The notes: generated by a model not told the origin, from the letters alone. 64,000 nucleotides of DNA from Ktedonobacterales bacterium (GCA_035310125.1 DATGEP010000303.1:1813-65812); one strand, 5' to 3'; shown: positions 1 through 10,156, counted from the first letter of the stretch. A program made the numbers and translations.

Positions 1-107
1 TGGTCGAAGTCGGAACACAGGTGCAAGAGGCCGTAGGTGCGGCCGTAGAGCACATCCTGGGAATGAAGGTCAGCGAGATCAACGTGTACATTCAGGACGT
101 CGCCTGA
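1..107 (+). CDS. Asp23/Gls24-family (alkaline shock) protein, C-terminal fragment; 5' end lies outside the window
   Basis: Frame 3 is open from the window edge and reads VEVGTQVQEAVGAAVEHILGMKVSEINVYIQDVA*, which looks like an Asp23-family C-terminus. Its TGA overlaps the nusB ATG (TGATG at 105-109). Confidence 0.6.
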   Translation, partial: VEVGTQVQEAVGAAVEHILGMKVSEINVYIQDVA

Positions 108-553
108 TGCCAACGGGAATCCGGCGCCAGGCGCGCAGAGTCGCTTTGCAGACGCTGTATGAATATGACACGGCGCATCATGACGTGGAGGACGTACTCC
201 GTCGGCACGTCGCCGCGCAGCGTCTCTCTGACCCAGTTCTGGCCTACGCGGGTGAGCTGGTTCACGGTGTGCTGGCACACCTCGATCAGATTGACGAAAC
301 CATCCAGGGCGTGGCGCACGAGTGGCCGATCGCCCAGATGGCCCGCATAGACAAGAACATTCTCAGGCTTGCAATCTACGAGATTCTGTTGAATAATGCT
401 GTCCCAGCGAAGGTCGCCATCAATGAGGCTGTCGAGCTTGCCAAACTCTTTGGCAGCGACACCTCGAGCCGGTTTGTAAACGGCGTCCTTGGCACAATAT
501 TTAGCCGGTCTCAAGGATCGCCAGCATCCAGTGCCGGAAGTGAGGTGCGCTAA
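107..553 (+). CDS. nusB: Transcription antitermination factor NusB
   Basis: 148 aa with an ATG start. [16 protein letters not shown]...[11 protein letters not shown]...[12 protein letters not shown]...FVNGVLG is a typical NusB signature. Confidence 0.95.
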   Translation: MPTGIRRQARRVALQTLYEYDTAHHDVEDVLRRHVAAQRLSDPVLAYAGELVHGVLAHLDQIDETIQGVAHEWPIAQMARIDKNILRLAIYEILLNNAVPAKVAINEAVELAKLFGSDTSSRFVNGVLGTIFSRSQGSPASSAGSEVR

Positions 554-555
554 CC

Positions 556-807
556 ATGTCGTCCATGTCCAAAGAGGAGATTCTCACCAAACTGAAACCG
601 CTTGTCGCCGAGCAGCTCGGCGTCGAGGAGAGTCAGGTGACGGAAGATGCCTCGTTTACTGAGGATCTCAACGCCGACTCGCTTGATCTGGTCGAGCTGA
701 TCATGTCGCTTGAGGAGCAGTACAAGCTGCAAATTAGCGACGAAGATGCCGAAAAGATCACCACGGTTGGCGAGGCCGTAGATTACATCTCCGACCACAT
801 GAGCTAA
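556..807 (+). CDS. acpP: Acyl carrier protein
   Basis: 83 aa. GAGGTG RBS lies 7 nt before the ATG. Phosphopantetheine attachment motif [17 protein letters not shown] is present. Confidence 0.95.
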   Translation: MSSMSKEEILTKLKPLVAEQLGVEESQVTEDASFTEDLNADSLDLVELIMSLEEQYKLQISDEDAEKITTVGEAVDYISDHMS

Positions 808-834
808 TTCCCCTCGGACGACCGCTCATATATG

Positions 835-880
835 CCGAGAGACGCGACGCCCGCGGGCAGTCGCGCCTCTCGGTTTTATG
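835..880 (+). terminator. Rho-independent terminator after acpP
   Basis: 14-bp stem CCGAGAGACGCGAC / GTCGCGCCTCTCGG with 1 mismatch and an 11-nt loop, followed by TTTTATGTTT. It lies between the convergent acpP and MBL genes. Confidence 0.7.
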
Positions 881-967
881 TTTCGAGCATGTGCGCGCGG
901 AGGGCGCTTCGTGCCGGATTCCTGGCCGATGAGCACAAGTCATCCAGACGAGGGAGGCGTAACCTCA

Positions 968-1891
968 TCAAAGTCCTGTCATGGTTTCTTTGGTAGATAC
1001 CATCGCAGGTGCCAGCGCCCCGTCGGGAGATGGCACCGCGGCCGCTCGCGTCGTATCCTGGTGCCGCAAAGCCACGCCGCCCGCCTCCCCAAACAATCCC
1101 GCGCTATCCCACACCGGCCCCACGCCCGGCGGTGCCACTTCAACCTTCACATGGCTAAGTCCCGTCTGCCGCAAGTGGAGCCTCACATGCGCGCGGGCCA
1201 GGTCCGGCGTATTGTTCGTGCGGCTCAAGTGTGCCAGCCAGACCCAACGGGGACCGTCATCCAGCGTGGAGATCAGCGCTTGCGCCGTCTGCTCGTTAGA
1301 GAGATGCCCCGTCGCGCCGAGGATGCGCCGCTTGAGTGGCCAGGGATACGGGCCTGTACGCAGCCGCTCCACATCGTGATTTGCCTCGACCATCAGCAGG
1401 TGTGCCCCGCGCATCGCCTCGATCATCTCCATGCGTGCTTCGCCGGTATCCGTCACCACGCAGACGCGCCACGCGCCCGTCGCCAGCACGTAGCCGCACG
1501 GCGCCACCGCATCATGGGAGATCGGGAAGCCGCGCACGTCCAAATCGTGGAGCTTTATCGCCTGGCCCACCGGCAGCTCCATCCGCTCGACGGCTCGCTC
1601 CTGCTCCTCCGCCGCCGTCCGTGGCTGCTCGAGCACCGCCTTGAGCGTGCGCGGGTCTGCAACGAGCGGAATCGCGTATCGCCTGGCGAAAGCCGCCGCA
1701 CCGCACGCGTGATCCGAGTGCTCGTGAGTGAGGAGCACAGCGCTCAACATGCTCGGCATCACGCCAGTTTGTCGCAGCCGGCTCTCCAGCGTGCGCACGG
1801 AAAATCCGGCGTCCACAAGTACCGCCGCTCGTCCCGTCTGCACCAGCACCGCGTTGCCGCTGCTGCCGCTCCCTAACGACACGACACGCAC
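968..1891 (-). CDS. MBL-fold metallo-hydrolase (YycJ-like)
   Basis: Motifs VVSLGSGSSGNAVLV and THEHSDH (HxHxDH). I chose the GTG at 1891 because GAGGAG sits 6 nt upstream. The longest ORF starts at a TTG (1984) with no RBS. Confidence 0.85.
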   Translation of the reverse strand: MRVVSLGSGSSGNAVLVQTGRAAVLVDAGFSVRTLESRLRQTGVMPSMLSAVLLTHEHSDHACGAAAFARRYAIPLVADPRTLKAVLEQPRTAAEEQERAVERMELPVGQAIKLHDLDVRGFPISHDAVAPCGYVLATGAWRVCVVTDTGEARMEMIEAMRGAHLLMVEANHDVERLRTGPYPWPLKRRILGATGHLSNEQTAQALISTLDDGPRWVWLAHLSRTNNTPDLARAHVRLHLRQTGLSHVKVEVAPPGVGPVWDSAGLFGEAGGVALRHQDTTRAAAVPSPDGALAPAMVSTKETMTGL

Positions 1892-2068
1892 GGGTCGCTC
1901 CTCGCATCTCACGGCCAGATGCTCCACGCTCCGGCGCTCGTATCGTATCGCCACCACCGCCCATGGCGCAAGCGCCCGCGCCAAATATGGCCGGAAAGGG
2001 TATTCAGTCGCTCCGAGGGAGGAACCGGGAAGTGCCGTTTTCTGGGTAATGAATGCGGTGAGGCGAGA

Positions 2069-2908
2069 TCAGAGCCTCAGCAGCGCCGCCGCATTCCCTC
2101 CCAGCGCCAACGCTAGCTCGCGCTCACCCAACCCCGCCGAACGCGCGTATTCCAACATGCGCCCCTGGCGAATCAATGGAAAATCACTGCCCCACAGGAT
2201 CTTCTCCGCCCCGGCGATCCGCGCTACCGTCACAAACACCTCCGAGCGATACAGATACAGTGACGCCGCCGAGTCGTACCAGACATTCGCCGCCGCCGCA
2301 TGGACCTCCGGCATCAGTTCATAGAACGGAAAGCCGCCGCCCCAGTGCGCCGCCACGATCCGCAGCTGCGGAAAAGCCTCGATGAAGGCTTGCAGCTCCG
2401 ACGGCGTCACATCTCCTTTGCCCAAATAGAGATGTCCCACCGGCTCGCTCGCGTGTGTCAGGCAGAACATCCCCAGATGCTGCGCCGCTTCCACAACCGG
2501 CGCGAGCAAACGCGTATCGCTCAGCCGGTAGCCCTGTCCATGCGGCATCAGCTCGCCAAAGCCCGGCATTCCCGCCCCCGCGCACCGCTCCATCTCTGCC
2601 AGCGCCCGCGCGCCCGCCAGCGGCTGGATCGCCGCCAGCCCAACGATACGCCCCGGATAGCGCCGCATCGCATCCAGCACGTAGCTATTGCACTCCTCCG
2701 CCAACCCAGGATCACGCCAGCCGAACGGAAACGTCACGGACACGTCCACACCGTCGGTCTCCATCGAAATGATGAGATCTTCCGCGGTCGCCATCTTCGC
2801 CTTTGGGCTACCGTACAGCTCCTCCAGCCACGGATCGCGCGCCAGAAACTCCATGCGGCGCGCCACGACCTCCGGTGGGAAGATGTGTGTATGGAAATCA
2901 ACGATCAT
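2069..2908 (-). CDS. Amidohydrolase-family metal-dependent hydrolase (TIM barrel, amidohydrolase_2-like)
   Basis: 279 aa. MIVDFHTHIFPP N-terminus and WGSDFP near the C-terminus. GGGAG RBS lies 5 nt before the ATG. Confidence 0.85.
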   Translation of the reverse strand: MIVDFHTHIFPPEVVARRMEFLARDPWLEELYGSPKAKMATAEDLIISMETDGVDVSVTFPFGWRDPGLAEECNSYVLDAMRRYPGRIVGLAAIQPLAGARALAEMERCAGAGMPGFGELMPHGQGYRLSDTRLLAPVVEAAQHLGMFCLTHASEPVGHLYLGKGDVTPSELQAFIEAFPQLRIVAAHWGGGFPFYELMPEVHAAAANVWYDSAASLYLYRSEVFVTVARIAGAEKILWGSDFPLIRQGRMLEYARSAGLGERELALALGGNAAALLRL

Positions 2909-3059
2909 ATAGGCTCCCTGGTGCGACTGAAGTGGATACTAACAGCAATTATAGTAGCCCGTCGCATGAGAGAGGGTCCGCGCCCAGCGACAGCGGCTCT
3001 GTCACTGGGCGCAATGGGTCTAGTTAATGCGCTAATTGCATATAGGTGTGGCCAAAGAG

Positions 3060-3077
3060 TTAGAATATACGTTCTAA
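3060..3077. promoter_or_regulatory. Perfect inverted repeat TTAGAA-N6-TTCTAA in an AT-rich patch; candidate operator
   Basis: TTAGAAtatacgTTCTAA read directly from the sequence. It lies in the low-GC stretch of the 870-bp gap between the divergent amidohydrolase and ispH genes. Confidence 0.3.
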
Positions 3078-3418
3078 TATCATAGCCGGGCGCTACAGGA
3101 ACAAGGCCCATAAGGCCGGTAATTCCGTATCGCCCATGAACTCTTGGGTAGCACAGTGGGCGACTATGTTATACTTGCTTCTAACTTCACCGTGCGGCCG
3201 TTCCGCCGGTGCCGGGGAGAGGTTCTTACCCCATCCCGACACAGCGGACCACGGGTGCGGTACAATGGAGAATGGGTGTCCGCGCCCGGCCAGATGTACT
3301 GCCTGCACATGAAGCGCTAGTCATCGTGAGACGCAGGACCGTCGCGAGCCGCGAGGGGTTGCTCTCGCGGAGCATGACGTCACCTGGCCCTGAGAGGGGC
3401 CACGAAAGGAGCTGGCTG

Positions 3419-3598
3419 GTGAAAACCGCCATTGCGGGCGTGGGCACTCAACCGGTGGAGCTGGCGACTGAGCAGCCGCATACATCGAGCGCAACGCTCA
3501 GCGTAGAGGAGGATCAATCCAACGAGTCATTTGAGGCGACAATTCTCCAGCTCGATGGGGCGACACTCGAGCGGTTGCTTCGGCTGGCCGCCGAGTGA
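3419..3598 (+). CDS. Hypothetical small acidic protein (59 codons), tentative
   Basis: AAAGGAG RBS lies 7 nt before the GTG at 3419. Third-position GC is elevated. Product is VKTAIAGVGTQPVELATEQPHTSSATLSVEEDQSNESFEATILQLDGATLERLLRLAAE. I recognise no homology. Confidence 0.25.
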   Translation: MKTAIAGVGTQPVELATEQPHTSSATLSVEEDQSNESFEATILQLDGATLERLLRLAAE

Positions 3599-3778
3599 CC
3601 GTTCTTTTCATGCTCGCCAGCTTGTATGAGCGCATGGTGCCCACTATTTCAACCCGTCCCGTTCGCGGGAGGCACGAATTCCGGTGGCACCAAAGATAAG
3701 CGCCAGTGTATCCCCTCCAGCGTATGTACAGTCTCACTAACTGGCAGCACGCCGGAGGGGGAAGGGTAGTGGCGACTG

Positions 3779-4741
3779 ATGGAAGTTATCAAAGTATCCC
3801 CCCGCGGGTATTGCTACGGGGTGGTGGACGCAATGGAAATTGCCCGGAAGGCGGCAAGGGATCCCTCTTTGCCCCGTCCGATCTACATTATCGGCCTGAT
3901 CGTCCACAATCGTTTCGCGGTGGATGAGCTAACCGAAATGGGGGTGACCACCCTCGACGGACCTGACCGCGCCCTCATTCTCGATCAAGTGCGCGAAGGC
4001 ACCGTCATCTTTACCGCGCATGGCGTCTCTCCAAAAGTTAAGCAACGCGCCGCCGAGCGCGGCCTGCATGTCATAGACGCGACCTGCCCTGATGTCACCA
4101 AAACGCACGACATTGTGCGCCGCCTCACCGCCCAGGGCTATCAAATCATCTACATTGGCAAGAAGGGACATCCTGAGCCGGAAGGAGTCATCGGAGAGGC
4201 GCCGGAATCGGTTCACCTCGTCGAGACCGAAGCCGATCTGGACACCTTGCCCGAATCGGTACGCACCGCCGAGCGTCTCGCTGTTACCAACCAGACGACT
4301 CTTAGTCAGTGGGATACCTTCGATCTCTTTGAGGCAATCCGCAGCCGCTTCCCGCATGTCGAGGTCTACAACGAGATCTGTCAGGCGACGCAGCTGCGCC
4401 AGGAGGCCATCGCGAGGTTGGCGAAGGGAGCCGATTTGACCATCGTTGTAGGTGACCCACGCAGCAACAACACTAACCGCCTTGTCCAGGTGGCCCAGGA
4501 GAAGGCGGGCAGCCCCGCCATCCGTATCGAGCGCCTGAGCGATCTCAATCCGGAGATTCTGGTTGGCAAACAGCGCGTAGCGATTACATCAGGAGCATCC
4601 ACTCCCAGCCCACTCACACGCGAGGTCATCCGCTATGTTGAGTCGTTCGGCGCCAAGCCGCGCTTCTTTCCTGAAGCCGAGCAACGCGATCTCGATCAAC
4701 CGCGCGATGCCGTTGCTGGCAGCCCCGAAGCGCATAGCTAA
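3779..4741 (+). CDS. ispH: 4-hydroxy-3-methylbut-2-enyl diphosphate reductase (IspH/LytB)
   Basis: 320 aa with three conserved-Cys contexts: [18 protein letters not shown] and NEICQAT. Also TAHGVSP and SGASTP. Confidence 0.95.
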   Translation: MEVIKVSPRGYCYGVVDAMEIARKAARDPSLPRPIYIIGLIVHNRFAVDELTEMGVTTLDGPDRALILDQVREGTVIFTAHGVSPKVKQRAAERGLHVIDATCPDVTKTHDIVRRLTAQGYQIIYIGKKGHPEPEGVIGEAPESVHLVETEADLDTLPESVRTAERLAVTNQTTLSQWDTFDLFEAIRSRFPHVEVYNEICQATQLRQEAIARLAKGADLTIVVGDPRSNNTNRLVQVAQEKAGSPAIRIERLSDLNPEILVGKQRVAITSGASTPSPLTREVIRYVESFGAKPRFFPEAEQRDLDQPRDAVAGSPEAHS

Positions 4742-4981
4742 TATCACGGGGACGCGATGCCCCGCAGAACGGAATACCCCGCTTTCACTCGCGTCAGCGC
4801 TCGCGGTGTATCCCAACGGGTGGGCTATCGCGGAAAATGAGGGCATCCATCTTCGGCGGTTTGCGGAGGATAGGAGGAGCTGGGAACCGGCTACGACTCA
4901 TGGGATGATGGTGAGTTCCACACACGCGAGTGTGGTCGCCCATCAGCGTGCCGCCGCCCAGCCCTCGGAGGTTTTCCAGGT

Positions 4982-7261
4982 ATGAAGAGCCTGAGCGCGA
5001 TCCTGGCAGGAGAGTCTCACGCGACCTTGCGAGCTCTCGCCTCGTGGTGGGGGGCGGAGGCGCCCGATAACGACGACACCGAAACCCGGCAGCGTCTCGA
5101 GCGCGCGATGCGTGACACGATCGCGTCGCGGTTCGTCTGGGAGCGCCTTGACCAGGATGAGCGACGTGTCTTGTTCGCGGTGGTTGGTCCGTCCGCGCGC
5201 AACTGGTGCCTGCTCGAACAACTGGCCGAACGTGCCCGCCTGGACACTGCGCGAACGGAAGCCGCCCTTCAGCGCCTCATCGCTCACCATCTCGTCCTGA
5301 CCGAGATAGCGAAAGTCCAGGGCGGCGACCTCGTGGGCCAGCGCGCGACGTTTTATGGCTACGCCATTCCTCGCAATCCCCAGGCTCAAATCGAAGAAAA
5401 GCCTATCGCCTACGTACCCACCGAGCTAGCAACCGTGCTCTACGGTACGGGCCGCGAGATCTTCGTGCCCATCGCCGACCGCTCTGATAAGACGCTTGAT
5501 GAGCTCTTGATGCCCTATCGCCAGGGTGATCTGGATCAGATTGGGCGCCGCTTCGGCCTCACACTGCAAGCCTACTACTCGCGCACGGAGGTCCGTGCGG
5601 CCATGGCCGAAAATCTCGCCCAGGCCGAAGCCGTCCGCTATGCGCTCGCGCGGATCGAGCCGCGTCTCGGCTCTCTCTACGATTGGCTATGCGAGCGGAA
5701 TGGCCGCGCGAGCATGCGCGAAGTGCGGCGCTTCCTGCGCGCCGACGGCGCCGACCTGGCCACCGCCATCCATACGTTGGAAGATTACGCCCTTGCGTTT
5801 GATACCTTCACTGAAGAGGAGCGTATCCTCTTCATTCCGAAGGAGACACTTGCCAACTTGCGTCGCGCCGAAGTGCGCCAGCACCCACACGCCGGCCTCG
5901 CGGAACGGGACGCTCCGCGTGCTGTCCAGCCGCAGGATACGACATTCCTTTGGGATATGGCCGTAGTCGCGTGGGCGGCGCACCATACCGAAATCGAATT
6001 GACGCGCTCAGGCTCGCTACCCAAGCGCGCCGCGCAACGACTGGCACAGTCGCTCGTCGGCCTGCGTGTTCGTCATAACGAAGATGACGTGCTTGGCTAC
6101 GTGGATCTCCTCAAGCAGGAAGCGGCAGACCTGGGCCTCGTCGTCGCACCGCCTTCCACCTCCAAGCTCAAGGGCCGCCTCGGTCCTGGCCTCAAGCTGG
6201 ACTCCTGGGCGCGCCACGATCAGGTCATGCAGGCGCGCCGGCTCTTTCGTCGCTGGCCCACGGACCGCTGGTGGAGCGATCTGCCCGGCGCCAACTTCCA
6301 GGAATGGATGACCTTCTATCTCGATATTCCTGTCGCCCGCGAGGCCGTCCAGAAGCTTCTGCGTGAATGCCAACCGAACACCTGGTACTCGCTGGCTTCT
6401 TTCCGCGCCACCTTGCAGAGCGACAACCCCTACGTGTTGCGTCCTTCGCAGCGTTACGCTGGCGAAGCTGGTTTCAAGCTCGCCGACGATCTGCGCTCAC
6501 AGTGGGAGCACACCGATGGCGAGCTAATCACCGGCATTTTCCGCTCAACACTCTACGAGTTGGGGCTGGTGGCGCTCGGCTACGACCGCGAAACGGTGCC
6601 CGCTCCCAGCGACAATGTGAACCCCGATGCATTTCTGCTGACCGACCTCGGCTGGGAAGTGCTCACCAGCGAGCTGAGCGCCAGCCAGCAGCCATCTTCA
6701 AGAGCAATGGTGGTGCAGCCCAACTTCCAGGTGCTCCTCATGGAGCCACATATGCCCGCGCTCTACTGGCTGGTGCGGTACGCCTCGCTCGACTCCATTG
6801 GGCGCGTCAGCCGTTTCACACTCACTCGTGAGGCGCTGGGGCGGGGGTTGCGAACAGGCGGCAATATTGACGACATCCTCAGCTTCCTGGAGCGTCACTG
6901 CCAGAAGGCGCTGCCCCAGAATGTCGCATACACCCTGCGCGACTGGGTGCGCCAGTGCAAAGAAGCCGAGCAGCCGAAAGTGACGCTGCTTGAAGTCAAT
7001 GACGAAGCGCTGGCGGGCGAGCTGGTCACTTCGCCCAAGCTGCGAGCCTTCCAGCTGCGACGCGTGGGTCCGCGCAAAGTGGCCGTTCCGCCCGGAACCA
7101 GCTTGCATGACCTCCGCCGTGCGCTGGAGCGCCTGGGCTACGCGCAGAAGCTCCTTAGCGGCTTCGAAGATCTCGTCGCCGCCGCCACTACGCGTCGCCG
7201 CACGACACGCGCCCGCCCACGCGCTACAGCATCTACCGCCCCCATAGTCAAGGGCGCGTGA
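4982..7261 (+). CDS. Helicase-associated domain protein (XPB/Ssl2 N-terminal-like, PF13625-type; Rv0862c-like architecture)
   Basis: 759 aa. The C-terminal block VVQPNFQVLLMEPHMPALYWLVRYASLDSIGRVSRFTLTREALGRGLRTGGNIDDILSFLERHCQKALPQNVAYTLRDWV matches my memory of the Helicase_C_3 domain. GGAGG RBS is present. Confidence 0.65.
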   Translation: MKSLSAILAGESHATLRALASWWGAEAPDNDDTETRQRLERAMRDTIASRFVWERLDQDERRVLFAVVGPSARNWCLLEQLAERARLDTARTEAALQRLIAHHLVLTEIAKVQGGDLVGQRATFYGYAIPRNPQAQIEEKPIAYVPTELATVLYGTGREIFVPIADRSDKTLDELLMPYRQGDLDQIGRRFGLTLQAYYSRTEVRAAMAENLAQAEAVRYALARIEPRLGSLYDWLCERNGRASMREVRRFLRADGADLATAIHTLEDYALAFDTFTEEERILFIPKETLANLRRAEVRQHPHAGLAERDAPRAVQPQDTTFLWDMAVVAWAAHHTEIELTRSGSLPKRAAQRLAQSLVGLRVRHNEDDVLGYVDLLKQEAADLGLVVAPPSTSKLKGRLGPGLKLDSWARHDQVMQARRLFRRWPTDRWWSDLPGANFQEWMTFYLDIPVAREAVQKLLRECQPNTWYSLASFRATLQSDNPYVLRPSQRYAGEAGFKLADDLRSQWEHTDGELITGIFRSTLYELGLVALGYDRETVPAPSDNVNPDAFLLTDLGWEVLTSELSASQQPSSRAMVVQPNFQVLLMEPHMPALYWLVRYASLDSIGRVSRFTLTREALGRGLRTGGNIDDILSFLERHCQKALPQNVAYTLRDWVRQCKEAEQPKVTLLEVNDEALAGELVTSPKLRAFQLRRVGPRKVAVPPGTSLHDLRRALERLGYAQKLLSGFEDLVAAATTRRRTTRARPRATASTAPIVKGA

Positions 7262-7319
7262 CAACGAGAGTGGGAAAATACAAACAAAGCGGGGCCGGCT
7301 GTGTACAACCGGTCCCGCT

Positions 7320-8585
7320 TCAACCTCGCTGTGCCATCGCCGCAAGCGCCTTCAAGTCAGTCGCCATGTCAGCGAGCGCCTCTGGCGCCACTGATGCACC
7401 AACCAGCTTCTTCAGCGCGACCAGATCGCGCACGCGATTCACCGCCATCGCCGCCCGAATGCGTCCAGCCGCGAGCAAGAACGCGGCGAACGGCTCACCC
7501 GATGCCAGGTCACCACGAATTACCACCTGATCCCACGCCCGCGCATACCCGACATACTGCATCATCAGGTCGTACTGCTCCGACCAGAAATAGGGCACCG
7601 GCCTGAAAGGCTTCCCCTGACCCAGCATATTCCGCGCCGCTGCTTCGCCCTGCCGCAGCGCGTTGTCGAAATGCTCCAGCCGCACGTGTACAGGCTCGTT
7701 CATTCCTGCCTGCTGATATGGCCAGCACGCGCCATCACCCGCCGCGAAGACGTCTGGCGCCGATGTCTCGCAGTACTCGTTCACCAGCACACCATCGCCC
7801 AGCGCGACCCCCGACCCTTCGAGCCATGCCGTCACCGGACGCATGCCTACTCCCACCACAACACATGCGCACGGAATAGGCTCGCCGTTCGTCGTCACCA
7901 CTTCCTCCACTCGATCCACGCCGTGGAACGCCGCCACGCCCTCGCGCAGCCGCAGGTCCACCCCATGCGCCCTGTGCACCGCGGCATAATATTCACCAAG
8001 CTCTTGGCCCAGCACTCGCAGCAACGGCGCGGGCAGAATTTCAAGCATCGTCACATCCAGACCTAGCGTCCGGCAGGCCGCCGCCGCTTCCGCTCCGATG
8101 AAGCCCGCGCCGACCACCACCACACGTCCACGCTTCGTCGCTGCCATGCGCATCGCCTCGGACAGCGCCCGCGCATCCGCCAGTGTACGGAGATACTGGA
8201 TGCCCGGCAGATCCGCCCCGGGCACGCGGAGCGGCACCGCCTCGCCACCTGTCACGATAAGTAGCCGGTCGTAGCGCACAGAGGTATGGTCCGCCAGAGC
8301 CACGATATGCGCTGCCACATCCAGCCCGGTCGCCGCGACTCCCAGTCGCAGCTCAACATCCTGCTCCGCATAAAAGCTCTTTGGGCGAGGGAAAAGCCGT
8401 TCCTCAGGTGTCGTGCCGAGCAAATAGCCCTTTGACAGGGGAGGTCGCTCGTATGGTACTTCTGGCTCATTGCTCACCAGAGTAATGTGTCCGCCGTAAC
8501 CAGCGCTGCGTAACGCCTCGATCGCTCCCGCCGCCGCGATTCCTCCGCCAACGACAACAAAGCGCTCGAGGTCAACCAGAGACAT
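7320..8585 (-). CDS. FAD-dependent pyridine nucleotide-disulfide oxidoreductase, ferredoxin-reductase type
   Basis: FVVVGGGIAAAGA (FAD GxGxxG), VVVVGAGFIGAEAA (NAD GxGxxG) and FAAGD. I chose the ATG at 8585. The longest ORF starts at a GTG (8624) with no RBS. Confidence 0.9.
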   Translation of the reverse strand: MSLVDLERFVVVGGGIAAAGAIEALRSAGYGGHITLVSNEPEVPYERPPLSKGYLLGTTPEERLFPRPKSFYAEQDVELRLGVAATGLDVAAHIVALADHTSVRYDRLLIVTGGEAVPLRVPGADLPGIQYLRTLADARALSEAMRMAATKRGRVVVVGAGFIGAEAAAACRTLGLDVTMLEILPAPLLRVLGQELGEYYAAVHRAHGVDLRLREGVAAFHGVDRVEEVVTTNGEPIPCACVVVGVGMRPVTAWLEGSGVALGDGVLVNEYCETSAPDVFAAGDGACWPYQQAGMNEPVHVRLEHFDNALRQGEAAARNMLGQGKPFRPVPYFWSEQYDLMMQYVGYARAWDQVVIRGDLASGEPFAAFLLAAGRIRAAMAVNRVRDLVALKKLVGASVAPEALADMATDLKALAAMAQRG

Positions 8586-8645
8586 CGTCGTTGCCACTCC
8601 TCTCTCGCTTCCGCCGCCTGTCACCCATTGTGAACATTCGGGGGG

Positions 8646-9821
8646 TCAGCATATTCCGGCGGCGACGAAATAAGCGCCCGCGAATGTTACGAGCAGCGCG
8701 TGATCGGCCTCCGGCGTGGAGCGTGTTCCTCGCCAGATGGCCGCTACGCCGCCCCGCAAGCCCTGGTTCAGCGGAACGCTCGCGCCAATGCCCATGTAAA
8801 GCGCGCCCTTCTCGCTCCACTCTTCCTGCACGATCTCATCCCCAGCACATGCACGGCACGCGAGATTCAGCAAGTGAACGTTGTTGGTGGGAAGATCCAT
8901 CCCAAACCCCAGCGCGCAGACCGCTATAGCACCTGTCAGATGTTGAAATAGCTCACCCATCACCTGTCCGCACGTGTCCGGTGGCTCGTCGCCAGGATAC
9001 GAGGTCGTGCGCGCCTTTGGGTCCGCTCGCAGCATCAGCGCATGCGTCATGAGCAGGCGCGCGTGGCTGAGATTGGAAGTAAACTGCTGAAACTGGTCTG
9101 AACACTGGAACGCCGTCGCAAGCTCATCCGCGACACCGCGCAAAAACGTGCGCTCGGGATCATTGAAGCGATGCGGATGCTGGTAGATACATACAATGCT
9201 GCCAAGCGCCTCATCACCCCGCAAGATCGGCTGCACTGCATACGCGCCGAGCGGTAACGAACGAAAAAGCCATGCGGTGCCGCTGTAGACCGTGTCGCAT
9301 TCCGCATCTTCACAGAATTGCGGCTCCAGCGTATGCAAAGCGGTGGTCGTGGCGAAGCGAAATGTCGAGCGCAGGCGATTATAGTCGGTGAAGACCCAAT
9401 GTGGAAACCCATACTGAGCCAGCACGCGCAATCTAAGCCGATCGGTCGGATCGCCCGCGTTGACCGAGACGCAGCACATATCCACGCCTGGCAAAGCGTG
9501 GCGGATGCCCTCCACGACCGCGTTCGCGACCTGCTCGATCTCCGTCGGCTCGGTCAAAAGATGCGCTACCTCGGCCAGCACTCGCGCGGGCGCGACAACC
9601 CCTTCGCGCGATGTGGCGGCCGAATCAGTTAGACGTGCGCGATACGCATTCAAGGTCTCCTGGCGGAATCGCGCGTGTCCGCCCGGCGTGAGCTGATCGG
9701 GAACGATCAATCCCTGGCGTACGGCGACATGTAATGTCGAGCGGTGAACGCCGAGCAGCCGCGCGGCCTCCTGCGCACCATACCACTGCTCATCGGCGGC
9801 TCCCTGTCGGTGGTCTGGCAT
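8646..9821 (-). CDS. Excisionase/MerR-type HTH DNA-binding protein with GAF-like sensor region
   Basis: N-terminus YGAQEAARLLGVHRSTLHVAVRQGLIV...GGHARF resembles HTH_17. The remainder resembles tandem GAF-like folds. It lies 60 nt upstream of the reductase gene on the same strand. Confidence 0.65.
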   Translation of the reverse strand: MPDHRQGAADEQWYGAQEAARLLGVHRSTLHVAVRQGLIVPDQLTPGGHARFRQETLNAYRARLTDSAATSREGVVAPARVLAEVAHLLTEPTEIEQVANAVVEGIRHALPGVDMCCVSVNAGDPTDRLRLRVLAQYGFPHWVFTDYNRLRSTFRFATTTALHTLEPQFCEDAECDTVYSGTAWLFRSLPLGAYAVQPILRGDEALGSIVCIYQHPHRFNDPERTFLRGVADELATAFQCSDQFQQFTSNLSHARLLMTHALMLRADPKARTTSYPGDEPPDTCGQVMGELFQHLTGAIAVCALGFGMDLPTNNVHLLNLACRACAGDEIVQEEWSEKGALYMGIGASVPLNQGLRGGVAAIWRGTRSTPEADHALLVTFAGAYFVAAGIC

Positions 9822-9835
9822 TGCCCAACACCCTC

Positions 9836-9887
9836 CTGGCTAGTTGCCATTAAGTATAGATGATTATCGCACGTCTGGCTAGTTGCC
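9836..9887. promoter_or_regulatory. Two exact 13-bp direct repeats CTGGCTAGTTGCC (9836-9848 and 9875-9887); candidate operator pair
   Basis: Read directly from the sequence. They lie just upstream of the HTH-GAF gene start (9821) in the divergent region shared with the KGG stress gene. Confidence 0.4.
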
Positions 9888-10156
9888 TGCCTTATTTCGT
9901 TAGATATGGGTCAAACATGTATGAAAAAGATTCCAATTAGTCGGATTCCCGACGTTTGCGACGTTTCAGCCGACACGTTGGACTACTCGCTGCGTTGCTA
10001 CACTACAACAGCCTTGCGTATTCGCCGCATCCATTGGTCATGAGAGGAGCCGGTGTTTTGCGCGAAGCGAATAAGCGTGAGGGAGCGATACATTCATTGA
10101 TCCGATCACTTCCTCACGCAAGGTCAGTCTTTTAGCGCCCGAAAGGACCCGTTCTC

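Noticed and set aside
2909-3778. RNase P RNA, tmRNA, SRP RNA or a cobalamin riboswitch in the long gap.
   Set aside because: None of the universally conserved strings I know was seen on either strand. I checked GGAAAGTCCGGGC, a tRNA-like 3' end with GGTTCGAnTCC...CCA, GGAAGCAGCC, and the B12 box.
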